From the NCBI RefSeq assembly GCF_000016545.1, contig NC_009437.1, forward strand, positions 1,727,394 to 1,751,393: 24,000 nucleotides of DNA. Reading direction: 5' to 3'. Of the stretch, positions 1 through 8,500 are shown piece after piece (position 1 is the first letter of the stretch; every line of letters begins with the position of its first letter). The DNA comes from Caldicellulosiruptor saccharolyticus DSM 8903 (lineage in GTDB: Bacteria; Bacillota; Thermoanaerobacteria; Caldicellulosiruptorales; Caldicellulosiruptoraceae). The notes beneath the pieces are model-generated. The model saw nothing but the letters and a program-made list of their open reading frames with translations. It was not told the origin of the DNA and did no database searches. Made by a program: the position numbers and the translations under genes.

Positions 1-240
1 AGTGCAGTCTCTTCAATAGTACTTGCAAATGTAAATGGCTGTATTGAGATATTGAAAGCTGAGCATTCGTTAGAACAAAAAGAAGGCTATTTAGAATTTG
101 AAGTGCTAAATAACAATGAAGAAGTAACAAAGGGCTGTTCGCTTCTTCTTCAAACAGCATATTTAGCGTTAAAAGAGTTAGAATCTCAGTATCCAAAATA
201 TGTTAAAGTGGAGGTGAAAGAGGATGAAGTTAATATTTGA
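1..240 (+). CDS. prp: ribosomal-processing cysteine protease Prp, C-terminal part (5' end outside window)
   Basis: Frame 1 is open from base 1 ([35 protein letters not shown]...). The SAVS segment matches the region just after the catalytic Cys of Prp/DUF464 proteins. The gene overlaps the start of rpmA, as in the conserved Firmicute rplU-prp-rpmA arrangement. The TTG at 52 in the ORF track is an internal Leu codon. Confidence 0.7.
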   Translation, partial: SAVSSIVLANVNGCIEILKAEHSLEQKEGYLEFEVLNNNEEVTKGCSLLLQTAYLALKELESQYPKYVKVEVKEDEVNI

Positions 241-523
241 CATTCAGCTGTTTGCACACAAGAAAGCTGGTGGTTCAACAAGAAACGGAAGAGACAGCGA
301 GTCAAAAAGACTTGGTGTTAAAAGGTCAGACGGTCAGTTTGTTTTGGCAGGAAACATCTTGGTAAGACAGAGGGGAACTAAATTCCACCCAGGCAAGAAT
401 GTCGGTCGTGGTGGAGATGACACACTTTTTGCTTTAGTTACAGGGTATGTAAAGTTTGAAAACAAGAGAGGAAGAAAAGTTGTGTCTGTTATTCCAGCTG
501 AAGAGATGGTTGCTGCTCAATAA
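224..523 (+). CDS. rpmA: 50S ribosomal protein L27 (with Prp-cleavable N-terminal extension)
   Basis: 99-aa ORF with the L27 signature [22 protein letters not shown]...[15 protein letters not shown]. It carries the N-terminal extension [10 protein letters not shown] before AHKKAGG, typical of Firmicute pro-L27. Confidence 0.97.
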   Translation: MKLIFDIQLFAHKKAGGSTRNGRDSESKRLGVKRSDGQFVLAGNILVRQRGTKFHPGKNVGRGGDDTLFALVTGYVKFENKRGRKVVSVIPAEEMVAAQ

Positions 524-553
524 AAATCTATTATGGTTTAACGCTTTTCAAAA

Positions 554-590
554 AGAGGCAAACTGACAAAAGAGGTTTGTCTCTTTTTTT
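554..590 (+). terminator. rho-independent terminator after rpmA
   Basis: AGAGGCAAAC (554-563) pairs with GTTTGTCTCT (575-584), with one G-U pair and an 11-nt loop. A T6 run follows at 585-590. Confidence 0.6.
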
Positions 591-627
591 GTATCTTTTA
601 GTTGTTCTTAAAAGAGGTGAGATATTC

Positions 628-1911
628 ATGTTTGTGGACATTGCAAAGATTTATGTCAAAGCAGGGGATGGCGGAGATGGTATAGTTGCGTTCAGGCGGG
701 AGAAGTACGTTCCAGCAGGAGGTCCTGCAGGAGGAGATGGTGGAAAAGGCGGAGATGTGATATTTGTTGCTGATAGGGAGCTGAACACCCTGCTTGATTT
801 TAAATACAAAAGACATTACAAGGCACAAAATGGTGAGCGTGGCGGACCTAACAATATGCATGGCAAAGACGGCGAAGATTTGATAATAAAGGTTCCTGTT
901 GGAACTGTAATAAAAGATGCTGAAACTGGTGAGATAATTGCTGACCTGTCGAGAGAAGGCGACAGAGCAATTGTTGCCCACGGTGGTAGAGGTGGCAGAG
1001 GAAATGCCCATTTTGCAACAGCCACAAGGCAAGTTCCAAGGTTTGCTGAGGTTGGGGAGAAAGGGGACGAGCTTTGGGTAATTTTGGAGCTAAAAGTCTT
1101 AGCAGATGTTGGACTGATTGGCTATCCAAACGTTGGTAAGTCAACATTCTTGTCTGTTGCAACAAACGCAAGACCTGAGATAGCAAACTATCCATTTACA
1201 ACAAAGTATCCCAACCTTGGGATTGTATATATTAGCGAGGGTGAAAGCTTTGTCTTAGCAGACATACCAGGGCTTATTGAAGGGGCAAGTGAAGGAGCAG
1301 GTCTTGGGCATCAATTTTTGCGACATGTTGAAAGGACAAAGGTTTTGATTCATATTGTTGATGTGTCGGGAAGTGAAGGAAGAGAGCCTGTTGAGGATTT
1401 TATAAAAATCAATGAGGAGCTAAAAAAATACAGCCCTGAACTTGCCCAAAAGCCTCAAATTGTCGCAGCAAACAAGATGGACCTTCCTGATGCTCAGGCG
1501 TATTTTGAACTTTTCAAAGAAGAGATTGAAAAGATGGGGTATGAAGTGTATCCCATCTCTGCTGCAACTGGCATGGGGATAAGAGAGGTTTTAAAAAGAG
1601 CTTATGAACTTTTGAAACAGCAAAAGGCAGCTGAAAATATCGAAGAGGATGCAAAGCCACGGACGTTTGTATACTACAAGAAAAAGGATGTAAAACCGCT
1701 TACTGTCAGAAAAGAAAACGGTGTATATGTTGTAGAAGGAACAGTTGTAGAGAAGGTAGCAAGAAACATAGTTTTAAATGACCATGACTCATTCAGGTAT
1801 TTTCAAAATTTCTTAAACAAGCTTGGGGTCTTTGACAAGCTAAGAGAGATGGGAATCCAGGATGGCGACATTGTGAGGATACTTGATGTTGAGTTTGAAT
1901 ATTATGAATAA
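628..1911 (+). CDS. obg: GTPase Obg/CgtA
   Basis: The Gly-rich Obg fold begins MFVDIAKIYVKAGDGGDGIVAFRREKYVPAGGPAGGDGGKGG. G1 motif GYPNVGKST, G3 DIPGLIEGA, G4 NKMD, plus a C-terminal OCT/Obg_CT domain. ATG 628 follows the RBS AGAGGTGA (613-620). The TTG-577 extension in the ORF track overlaps the rpmA terminator and is rejected. Confidence 0.97.
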   Translation: MFVDIAKIYVKAGDGGDGIVAFRREKYVPAGGPAGGDGGKGGDVIFVADRELNTLLDFKYKRHYKAQNGERGGPNNMHGKDGEDLIIKVPVGTVIKDAETGEIIADLSREGDRAIVAHGGRGGRGNAHFATATRQVPRFAEVGEKGDELWVILELKVLADVGLIGYPNVGKSTFLSVATNARPEIANYPFTTKYPNLGIVYISEGESFVLADIPGLIEGASEGAGLGHQFLRHVERTKVLIHIVDVSGSEGREPVEDFIKINEELKKYSPELAQKPQIVAANKMDLPDAQAYFELFKEEIEKMGYEVYPISAATGMGIREVLKRAYELLKQQKAAENIEEDAKPRTFVYYKKKDVKPLTVRKENGVYVVEGTVVEKVARNIVLNDHDSFRYFQNFLNKLGVFDKLREMGIQDGDIVRILDVEFEYYE

Positions 1912-1916
1912 GTTTT

Positions 1917-1935
1917 AGATTTATCATAAAAATGG
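1917..1935. repeat. left copy of the 19-bp perfect direct repeat flanking the IS (AGATTTATCATAAAAATGG)
   Basis: Identical 19-mer at 1917-1935 and 3191-3209, each 6 nt outside the terminal inverted repeats. Confidence 0.85.
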
Positions 1936-3027
1936 GTACGTGGTGAAGACATATTTACCACCAAATTTATTACAGAACAGAGAATAGAAGGTGCCTACTT
2001 TTTTCATAATATCCTCAAGAAGTAATGTAGGAAATTGAAATATATGGGAGGAGACCAGAGATTTTGAAGCTATGAATTTTTCGAATGGTGTCCTCCCGTT
2101 CATTCCTTTACCATTATGAGGTCTGAAAAAGTTCCATGTATCTTGCCATTTCTGGGCTCTTTGAATAAATTCATCTTTTGTTTTACATCTTTCAGCATGA
2201 ATCATTAAAAAATACTCATCATCAGCTCTATGTGAATTTTCAATTATACCCATTAAATGCTTTGCTTTTGGTGGAATAGGATTTAGTTCTACACCCAAAA
2301 ATGACAGCATCTCATTCCACTGCTTTAACTTTCTTTCGCTTCCTCCACAAAATTCTGCTCCATTGTCTAATCGGATCTTTATTATATTTCTTACATTATG
2401 AGTTCTTAACCATAATGCAACTAAGGATATGAACATAAATCCAAAAGCGGATGAAAGTTCGTAAGAATAGGCTGTAAATCTTGTTCTTGTTGCAACATCT
2501 ATTATGTTCCACTCATAGCAAGGCAAATTGTATCTTTTCATATGTTCATATACCTCCTTGGGAAGACTTTCTTTGTCTAAAAGATGTTTTGTATCAAGCT
2601 GAAATTCAGAAAATGGGATAAGAGTTTCATAATCGTATAGACTTCTTTCACCTTTTTTTGTTCTTTTTGTTTTTCGAGCTACAGAGTTTCTTCTAAGAAT
2701 TGACTTTATTGTGTTTTCACTTATTTTGATACCATATTTTCTGAGAAGATAAAAAGACAAACGTCTATATCTAAAACCAGTTTTTTTAGACTCTTCGACA
2801 ATAAAATTTTCGAGTTCAGAAGAAAGCTTTTTGGGAGAAGATTTAGGTTTTTTTGATTTATCTTCAAGAGGACCGTAGACAGCTCTTCTTACGGTATGTC
2901 TTGATACACCTAATATTTTAGCAGTTTTTGATACGTTTTTGTTATTTGATTCAAAGACTTTTCGAACTAATTCTCTAGCTTTTTGAGGGGATATTTTTCT
3001 TAGTTCGTGGTATGATATAATATTCAT
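1924..3027 (-). CDS. DDE transposase, integrase-core (rve) type with N-terminal HTH; IS481/IS3-superfamily-like
   Basis: 367 aa from ATG 3027, with GGGAGGA 9 nt upstream. HTH SKTAKILGVSRHTVRRAV. Candidate catalytic triad: D in FQLDTKH, D in RLDNGAEF, E in GIIENSHRADDEYF. The stop codon lies inside the left 19-bp direct repeat. The family cannot be fixed without a search. Confidence 0.85.
   Translation of the reverse strand: MNIISYHELRKISPQKARELVRKVFESNNKNVSKTAKILGVSRHTVRRAVYGPLEDKSKKPKSSPKKLSSELENFIVEESKKTGFRYRRLSFYLLRKYGIKISENTIKSILRRNSVARKTKRTKKGERSLYDYETLIPFSEFQLDTKHLLDKESLPKEVYEHMKRYNLPCYEWNIIDVATRTRFTAYSYELSSAFGFMFISLVALWLRTHNVRNIIKIRLDNGAEFCGGSERKLKQWNEMLSFLGVELNPIPPKAKHLMGIIENSHRADDEYFLMIHAERCKTKDEFIQRAQKWQDTWNFFRPHNGKGMNGRTPFEKFIASKSLVSSHIFQFPTLLLEDIMKKVGTFYSLFCNKFGGKYVFTTYPFL
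1942..1961. repeat. IS terminal inverted repeat, left
   Basis: GGTGAAGACATATTTACCAC matches the reverse complement of 3165-3184 at 18 of 20 positions. Confidence 0.75.
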
Positions 3028-3030
3028 AGT

Positions 3031-3121
3031 AGGCTGTCCTCCCATCCTGGTAGTTTTTCTATTTTTCTTTTGAATATTAGATTACACTTTTTAATTATAT
3101 CAAACAGGAGGGAGGCAGCCT
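3031..3121 (-). promoter_or_regulatory. candidate RBS-sequestering hairpin plus internal promoter of the IS transposase
   Basis: On the minus strand, AGGCUGCCUCCC (3121-3110) is complementary to the transposase SD region GGGAGGACAGCCU (3043-3031): 12 bp with one bulge. An extended -10 (TGATATAAT, -10 hexamer at 3099-3094) lies between the two arms. Transcripts from the element's own promoter would therefore lack the anti-SD arm, while read-through transcripts would contain it. Confidence 0.45.
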
Positions 3122-3164
3122 CAACTCTTTTTATGAAATTTTCTTCTTCGTACATTCTTTCGCT

Positions 3165-3184
3165 GTGGTAAATATCTCTACACC
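3165..3184. repeat. IS terminal inverted repeat, right
   Basis: GTGGTAAATATCTCTACACC is the reverse complement partner of 1942-1961 (18/20). Confidence 0.75.
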
Positions 3185-3190
3185 TATTCG

Positions 3191-3209
3191 AGATTTATCA
3201 TAAAAATGG
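3191..3209. repeat. right copy of the 19-bp perfect direct repeat flanking the IS
   Basis: AGATTTATCATAAAAATGG, identical to 1917-1935. Confidence 0.85.
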
Positions 3210-3212
3210 ATA

Positions 3213-3241
3213 TAGACAAAACAGTAAAAATGGGTTAAAAT
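3213..3241 (+). promoter_or_regulatory. candidate sigma-A promoter for the small ORF
   Basis: TAGACA (3213-3218), 17-nt spacer, TAAAAT (3236-3241). Confidence 0.35.
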
Positions 3242-3294
3242 AATTGACATGCAAAAAGAAATTCTTAAAAGGTTTGGAGGTTATCTTTTCTGAT

Positions 3295-3480
3295 ATGGAG
3301 TGCATCAATTGTGGGAACTGCAAGGTAGGTAATACCACATATTTTTGTTTTAAGGAAAACGGGTTTGTGGTGGATGTATCAAAACAAAAGGTGGTTGAGA
3401 AGGTAAGAAGCGGTTGGAAAAAGGGGGATCCAGAGTACGAGAAGCAGCGGCGCAGGTCTCGAAAAGAAGTAGAGGTCTAA
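3295..3480 (+). CDS. small hypothetical protein, Cys-rich N-terminus and basic C-terminus (61 aa)
   Basis: MECINCGNCKVGNTTYFCF... then KQRRRSRKEVEV. GGAGG lies at 3276-3280, upstream of ATG 3295. The gene has its own strong terminator. No family is recognisable by eye, and the ORF could begin at TTG 3244. Confidence 0.4.
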   Translation: MECINCGNCKVGNTTYFCFKENGFVVDVSKQKVVEKVRSGWKKGDPEYEKQRRRSRKEVEV

Positions 3481-3494
3481 AAATAAAAAAATGC

Positions 3495-3527
3495 CGGCAG
3501 AAAGGCAAAATCCTTTCTGCCGTTTTA
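3495..3527 (+). terminator. rho-independent terminator
   Basis: CGGCAGAAAGG (3495-3505) pairs perfectly with CCTTTCTGCCG (3512-3522) around a 6-nt loop, followed by TTTTA. Confidence 0.78.
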
Positions 3528-3592
3528 GTTTATAAATAGCGAAAAAGAAGTATTTTATCAAAAATTAAATTCAAAAAGAGGTGAAAAATATC

Positions 3593-3880
3593 TTGCTAAC
3601 ATCCAAACAAAGAGCAAAACTCAGGGGCATGGCAAACACAATGGATGCAATTATTCGAATTGGAAAGGAAGGGATTACAGAAAGAGTGCTCAAACAAATA
3701 GATGAAGCACTCACTGCAAGAGAGCTTATAAAAATTGCCCTTGAGAAGAACTGTGAGATAGAGCCGAAAGAAGCGATAGCTTATATATGCGAAAAACTAA
3801 ACGCAGAGCCTGTGCAGGTGATAGGAAGGAAGATTGTAATTTACAGAATGTCTGAAGAAAATCCAAGAATTCAGATTTAA
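3593..3880 (+). CDS. yhbY: YhbY/CRM-domain RNA-binding protein (ribosome assembly)
   Basis: LTSKQRAKLRGMANTMDAIIRIGKEGITERVLKQIDEALTARELIKI... matches the YhbY/YqeI family pattern. TTG 3593 sits 8 nt after AAGAGGTGA. GTG 3581 in the ORF track overlaps the SD. The position after obg is the conserved Firmicute neighbourhood. Confidence 0.85.
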   Translation: MLTSKQRAKLRGMANTMDAIIRIGKEGITERVLKQIDEALTARELIKIALEKNCEIEPKEAIAYICEKLNAEPVQVIGRKIVIYRMSEENPRIQI

Positions 3881-3891
3881 AAAGTAGAGTA

Positions 3892-3920
3892 TTGACCAAT
3901 GTATTTTTAAATGGTATAAT
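3892..3920 (+). promoter_or_regulatory. sigma-A promoter of the S-box met operon
   Basis: TTGACC (3892-3897), 17-nt spacer, extended -10 TGGTATAAT (3912-3920). Confidence 0.75.
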
Positions 3921-3951
3921 CAAAGCAACAAAATTGAATATTAGAAAATTA

Positions 3952-4132
3952 CTTCTTATCAAGAGTGGTGGAGGGACTGGCCCAATGAAGCCCGGCAACC
4001 GGAAAAAGGTATGGGTGCCCTTTTTCTTGGTGCCAATTCCAGCAGGTATTTTTAAAATACCTGGCAGATAAGAAGTAAGAAGATTTAGGAAGAAGTCTTC
4101 TTGTAGCTTATCTGCAGGAAGGCTATTTTTTT
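3952..4132 (+). promoter_or_regulatory. SAM-I (S-box) riboswitch: aptamer 3952-4075 plus expression platform
   Basis: Textbook S-box core: CTTCTTATCAAGAGTGGTGGAGGGACTGGCCCAATGAAGCCCGGCAACC...GGTGCCAATTCCAGCAGG...CAGATAAGAAG. The P1 3' strand (4067-4075) can instead pair with CTTATCTGC (4107-4115) as an antiterminator. A weak hairpin at 4103-4126 followed by T7 (4126-4132) is the likely terminator. Confidence 0.93.
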
Positions 4133-4177
4133 ATCTTTTAAAAAGCACAACAAAAATTTAATGAAAGGAGAAAATAA

Positions 4178-5455
<1,278 letters not shown>

Positions 5456-5486
5456 AATAGAGAATATAATAAGACCTATCATCTGC

Positions 5487-5549
5487 TGCATGAAAGATTG
5501 CTCCAAGATAAAAAGTTAAAAATTGATGTAAGGGGCAATCTTTCATGCA
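5487..5549 (+). other. perfect 15-bp inverted repeat (hairpin) in the metY-metX spacer
   Basis: TGCATGAAAGATTGC (5487-5501) and GCAATCTTTCATGCA (5535-5549) with a 33-nt A-rich loop, followed by TTTTAAAT. It may be an attenuator, processing site or partial terminator. Confidence 0.5.
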
Positions 5550-5583
5550 TTTTAAATAAGCTTCAATGTGGGGGTAAAAGAGA

Positions 5584-6729
5584 TTGGAGAAATTTGAGTT
5601 TTGGGAAGAGGGCTACAAAAAGTTTGTAAAATTTGCACACAACAAGGACTTTGTATTAGAAAGTGGCAAGAAATTCGGACCCATTACAGTTGGTTATGAG
5701 ACTTATGGAGAGATTAATAAAGAAAAGAACAACATTATTTTGATAACTCATGCCCTGACAGGCGATTCACACGTTGCGAAACACTCAGAAGATGATCCAA
5801 AACCCGGCTGGTGGGACAAGTTTGTCGGCCCCGGAAAGATGTTTGACACAAACAAGTATTTTATTATCTGTTCAAATGTTCTCGGTGGCTGTCAGGGGAC
5901 AACAGGCCCTTCTTCTATTGACCCTGAAACAGGAAAGCCTTATGGTGCAAGGTTTCCTATTATAACTATCAAAGACATGGTCAATGTTCAAAGAAAACTT
6001 TTGGAAGTACTGAAAATAGAGCATATTTTATGCGTTGTTGGCGGTTCCATGGGTGGTATGCAAGCTTTAGAGTGGGCTGTGAGCTACCCGGATTTTATGG
6101 ACGGTGTTATAAACATTGCATCGCCACTTAAGCTCAATGCGCAGTCAATTGCCTTCAATGAGGTTATGAGAAGGGCTATTATGGCAGACCCTAACTGGAA
6201 CAATGGTGATTATTATGACAAGACAGGTCCTGCTCAAGGTCTTTCTATTGCAAGGATGCTCGGAATTATAACTTACCAGTCAGACAAACTAATGGATAGG
6301 AAGTTTAACCGAAGGATGAAAGACCCTGTTGAGAGCTTTTTTGAGTCTTTTAACACAGAATTTGAGGTGGAAAGTTATCTACACTATCAAGGAATGAAAC
6401 TTGTTCAGAGATTTGATGCAAACACATATTTATATCTTACACGTGCAATGGACCTATACGACCTTGGAAGGACATATGGGAGTGAGGATGAGGCACTAAG
6501 GAGGATTAAGGCAAAGTTTTTGCTCATAGCCATAACCTCTGATATCCTCTTCCCAATCAGCCAGATGAGATATATGAGAGATAGGCTCCAAGAAGCAGGT
6601 GTTGATTTGATTTACAAAGAGATTGAATCGGATTATGGACATGACTCTTTTTTAGTAGAAGAAGAAAAGTACAGGGATATAATTACTGAGTTTTTGGAAT
6701 TACTATATAACAAGGAGATGATAAAATGA
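5584..6729 (+). CDS. metX: homoserine O-acetyltransferase
   Basis: 381-aa alpha/beta hydrolase with LGGCQGTTGPSS...GKPYGARFP and nucleophile motif GGSMGGMQALEW. TTG start 7 nt after GGGGGT. Confidence 0.93.
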   Translation: MEKFEFWEEGYKKFVKFAHNKDFVLESGKKFGPITVGYETYGEINKEKNNIILITHALTGDSHVAKHSEDDPKPGWWDKFVGPGKMFDTNKYFIICSNVLGGCQGTTGPSSIDPETGKPYGARFPIITIKDMVNVQRKLLEVLKIEHILCVVGGSMGGMQALEWAVSYPDFMDGVINIASPLKLNAQSIAFNEVMRRAIMADPNWNNGDYYDKTGPAQGLSIARMLGIITYQSDKLMDRKFNRRMKDPVESFFESFNTEFEVESYLHYQGMKLVQRFDANTYLYLTRAMDLYDLGRTYGSEDEALRRIKAKFLLIAITSDILFPISQMRYMRDRLQEAGVDLIYKEIESDYGHDSFLVEEEKYRDIITEFLELLYNKEMIK

Positions 6730-7448
6730 TTTTGACAATCTTGGGTGCAAGAGGTCCATACCCTACTAAAAATGAGGCTACATCTGGTTATCTACTAAAA
6801 ACAGAGAGCGCAAACATTCTAATTGACTGTGGAAGTGGTGTTTTGTCAAAGCTTTTAAACTATATCACCTATGATGATATTTCGTTTATAATATGCTCAC
6901 ATCTTCACGCTGACCACACAAGTGATTTAGGGGTTTTGAGGTACTACTTTGCGTCCCGTGGCAAAGAGATAGACCTTTTTATTCCATCTGAGCCACAAGA
7001 GGAATATAACTTAATTAGAAAAGGTGTTTACAAAATTAAAAATATTGAAGAAAACTTGCAAACCCAAATAGGTAGTGTTAAACTTTCCTTTTTTGAAGGT
7101 CAGCACCCATACAGGAGTTTTGCTGTCAGGATTGAAGAGGAAGGGAAAGCCTTTGTGTTCTCTGGTGATACAGGATACAAAGAGGATTTTGCAGTGTTTT
7201 GCAGCGGTGCAGATTTACTCTTGCTGAATGCAGCATATACCGATGAAGAGGTTGAAAAGATTGAGGAGCCAAAAAGGTACCATATGAGTCCAAAACAGGC
7301 AGCAAAGGTGGCAAAAGAAGCCAAAGCAAAGCTTTTAGTTTTAACACACCTAAAGCCAGAGTGTGATGAGCAAAAGCATTTAGCCTCTGCAAAAGAGATT
7401 TTTGATAATGTAGTTCTTGCAACAAAGGAGAAAATAATAGAATTTTAA
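6726..7448 (+). CDS. MBL-fold metallo-hydrolase
   Basis: HxHxDH motif SHLHADHTSD, plus a later His/Asp pattern (GDTGY, LTHL). The start overlaps the metX stop (ATGA), which suggests translational coupling. Confidence 0.8.
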   Translation: MILTILGARGPYPTKNEATSGYLLKTESANILIDCGSGVLSKLLNYITYDDISFIICSHLHADHTSDLGVLRYYFASRGKEIDLFIPSEPQEEYNLIRKGVYKIKNIEENLQTQIGSVKLSFFEGQHPYRSFAVRIEEEGKAFVFSGDTGYKEDFAVFCSGADLLLLNAAYTDEEVEKIEEPKRYHMSPKQAAKVAKEAKAKLLVLTHLKPECDEQKHLASAKEIFDNVVLATKEKIIEF

Positions 7449-7480
7449 TAGAGCCCCAGAAGCTAATAGGAGCTGCAGCA

Positions 7481-8371
7481 GTGTTTGCTGATGCCCACAA
7501 TGACACATTAACAGCAGCGTTTTTTAAAAATGAAGGACTTTTTGAAAATTCATTACAGTTTGACTTTAAAAGAGCAGAGCAAGTTGACTTGAAACTTCAG
7601 TACATGGCGATATGGCAAGATACAAGGCAGAAAGATATCCATTTTATGAAAAACATCTCTACAATTCTGGATTTGCTAAATAGATATGATATAAACAATG
7701 TTGGGGCCTCAAAAATTATTGATAAAAGTAAGCTAAATATTTTAGTAATTGTTGAAGATATTTCATTTATCAATGATATTTTTGATGTTGAAATATTAAA
7801 AGAAAAAGGTGTAAAAGGTGCTACACTTTCATGGAATCACAAAAACAAACTTTGTGGCGGAGCCTATGATGAGGAAGGTCTAAGTAATTTTGGAAAAGAA
7901 GTTTTAAAAAAACTTTTGGAGATGAATTTTATTATTGATCTTTCCCATGCGTCACAGAGAACATTTTATGATGTTGTAAAGATTGTTAACAGTCCTTTTA
8001 TTGTAAGTCATTCAAACTGTTATGCGTTGTGCAAACATCCACGAAATCTCACAGATGATCAGATAAAAATTGTAAGAAGTTTTAATGGTTTGATTGGGAT
8101 AAGCTTTTATTCGCCTTTTTTATGTGAAAGTTCTGCAAAGCTCGAAGACATTGCAAAACATATAGCACATATCTCACAGTTAATTGGCCATAAGCATGTG
8201 TGTTTAGGTTCTGACTTTGACGGAGCAGACAATTTTGCTCGAGGTGTAAATGGTGTTGAGGATTTTCCAAAGATAAAGCACGTGTTAGAAAGTTTTGGTT
8301 TTAGCAGAGATGAGATTTTTGACATTTGCTACAACAATCTTTTGAACTTTACCTGCAGGTTTCTAAAATGA
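7481..8371 (+). CDS. membrane (renal-type) dipeptidase, peptidase family M19
   Basis: FADAHNDTL (HxD metal site), DLSHAS, VSHSN, HPRNLTDDQI and LGSDFDG are the hallmark M19 motifs. GTG start 8 nt after TAGGAG. Confidence 0.85.
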   Translation: MFADAHNDTLTAAFFKNEGLFENSLQFDFKRAEQVDLKLQYMAIWQDTRQKDIHFMKNISTILDLLNRYDINNVGASKIIDKSKLNILVIVEDISFINDIFDVEILKEKGVKGATLSWNHKNKLCGGAYDEEGLSNFGKEVLKKLLEMNFIIDLSHASQRTFYDVVKIVNSPFIVSHSNCYALCKHPRNLTDDQIKIVRSFNGLIGISFYSPFLCESSAKLEDIAKHIAHISQLIGHKHVCLGSDFDGADNFARGVNGVEDFPKIKHVLESFGFSRDEIFDICYNNLLNFTCRFLK

Positions 8372-8434
8372 AATTTTTTTATTTAAAACTTGCGTTTTTA
8401 CACTCTTAAATCCTATTTTTTCGTAACATTGATA

Positions 8435-8463
8435 TTGAAAAATGCATATAAATGTGATATAGT
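8435..8463 (+). promoter_or_regulatory. candidate sigma-A promoter of aspC
   Basis: TTGAAA (8435-8440), 17-nt spacer, extended -10 TGATATAGT (8455-8463). Confidence 0.55.
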
Positions 8464-8500
8464 ATTGCAAAAACAAGCTGAAAGGACGAAAGGAGAAAAA

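Larger units (their letters stand above)
1936..3190 (-). mobile_element. insertion sequence, single-ORF DDE (rve) type, about 1.25 kb
   Basis: Bounded by imperfect terminal inverted repeats: GGTGAAGACATATTTACCAC at 1942-1961 versus the reverse complement of 3165-3184, GGTGTAGAGATATTTACCAC (18/20). Flanked by the 19-bp direct repeats. Carries one intact transposase gene. It sits between obg and yhbY, which are adjacent in many Firmicutes. Exact ends are uncertain by about 6 nt. Confidence 0.78.

Noticed and set aside
52-240. 62-aa ORF called from TTG 52
   Set aside because: The frame is open back to base 1 and the upstream residues continue a Prp-like sequence. The TTG is internal and the real start lies outside the window.
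577-627. 17-codon N-terminal extension of obg (TTG 577)
   Set aside because: It overlaps the rpmA terminator stem and has no SD. ATG 628 has AGAGGTGA upstream and begins the conserved Obg N-terminus.
598-1195. Three minus-strand ORFs (144, 69 and 115 aa) antisense to obg
   Set aside because: These are low-complexity shadow ORFs opposite the Gly-rich Obg domain. They have no SD and no recognisable motifs.
3244-3294. TTGACA at 3244-3249 as a -35 box, and TTG 3244 as the start of the small ORF
   Set aside because: No acceptable -10 lies 16-18 nt downstream. The GGAGG at 3276-3280 favours ATG 3295. It is kept only as an alternative start.
3726-3998. 90-aa minus-strand ORF
   Set aside because: It runs antisense through the yhbY 3' end, the met promoter and the S-box aptamer, all of which are strongly supported.
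8390-8500. 37-codon upstream extension of aspC
   Set aside because: It covers the candidate promoter (8435-8463). ATG 8501 has a perfect AAGGAG, and aminotransferases of this class start near MRYSQRA.
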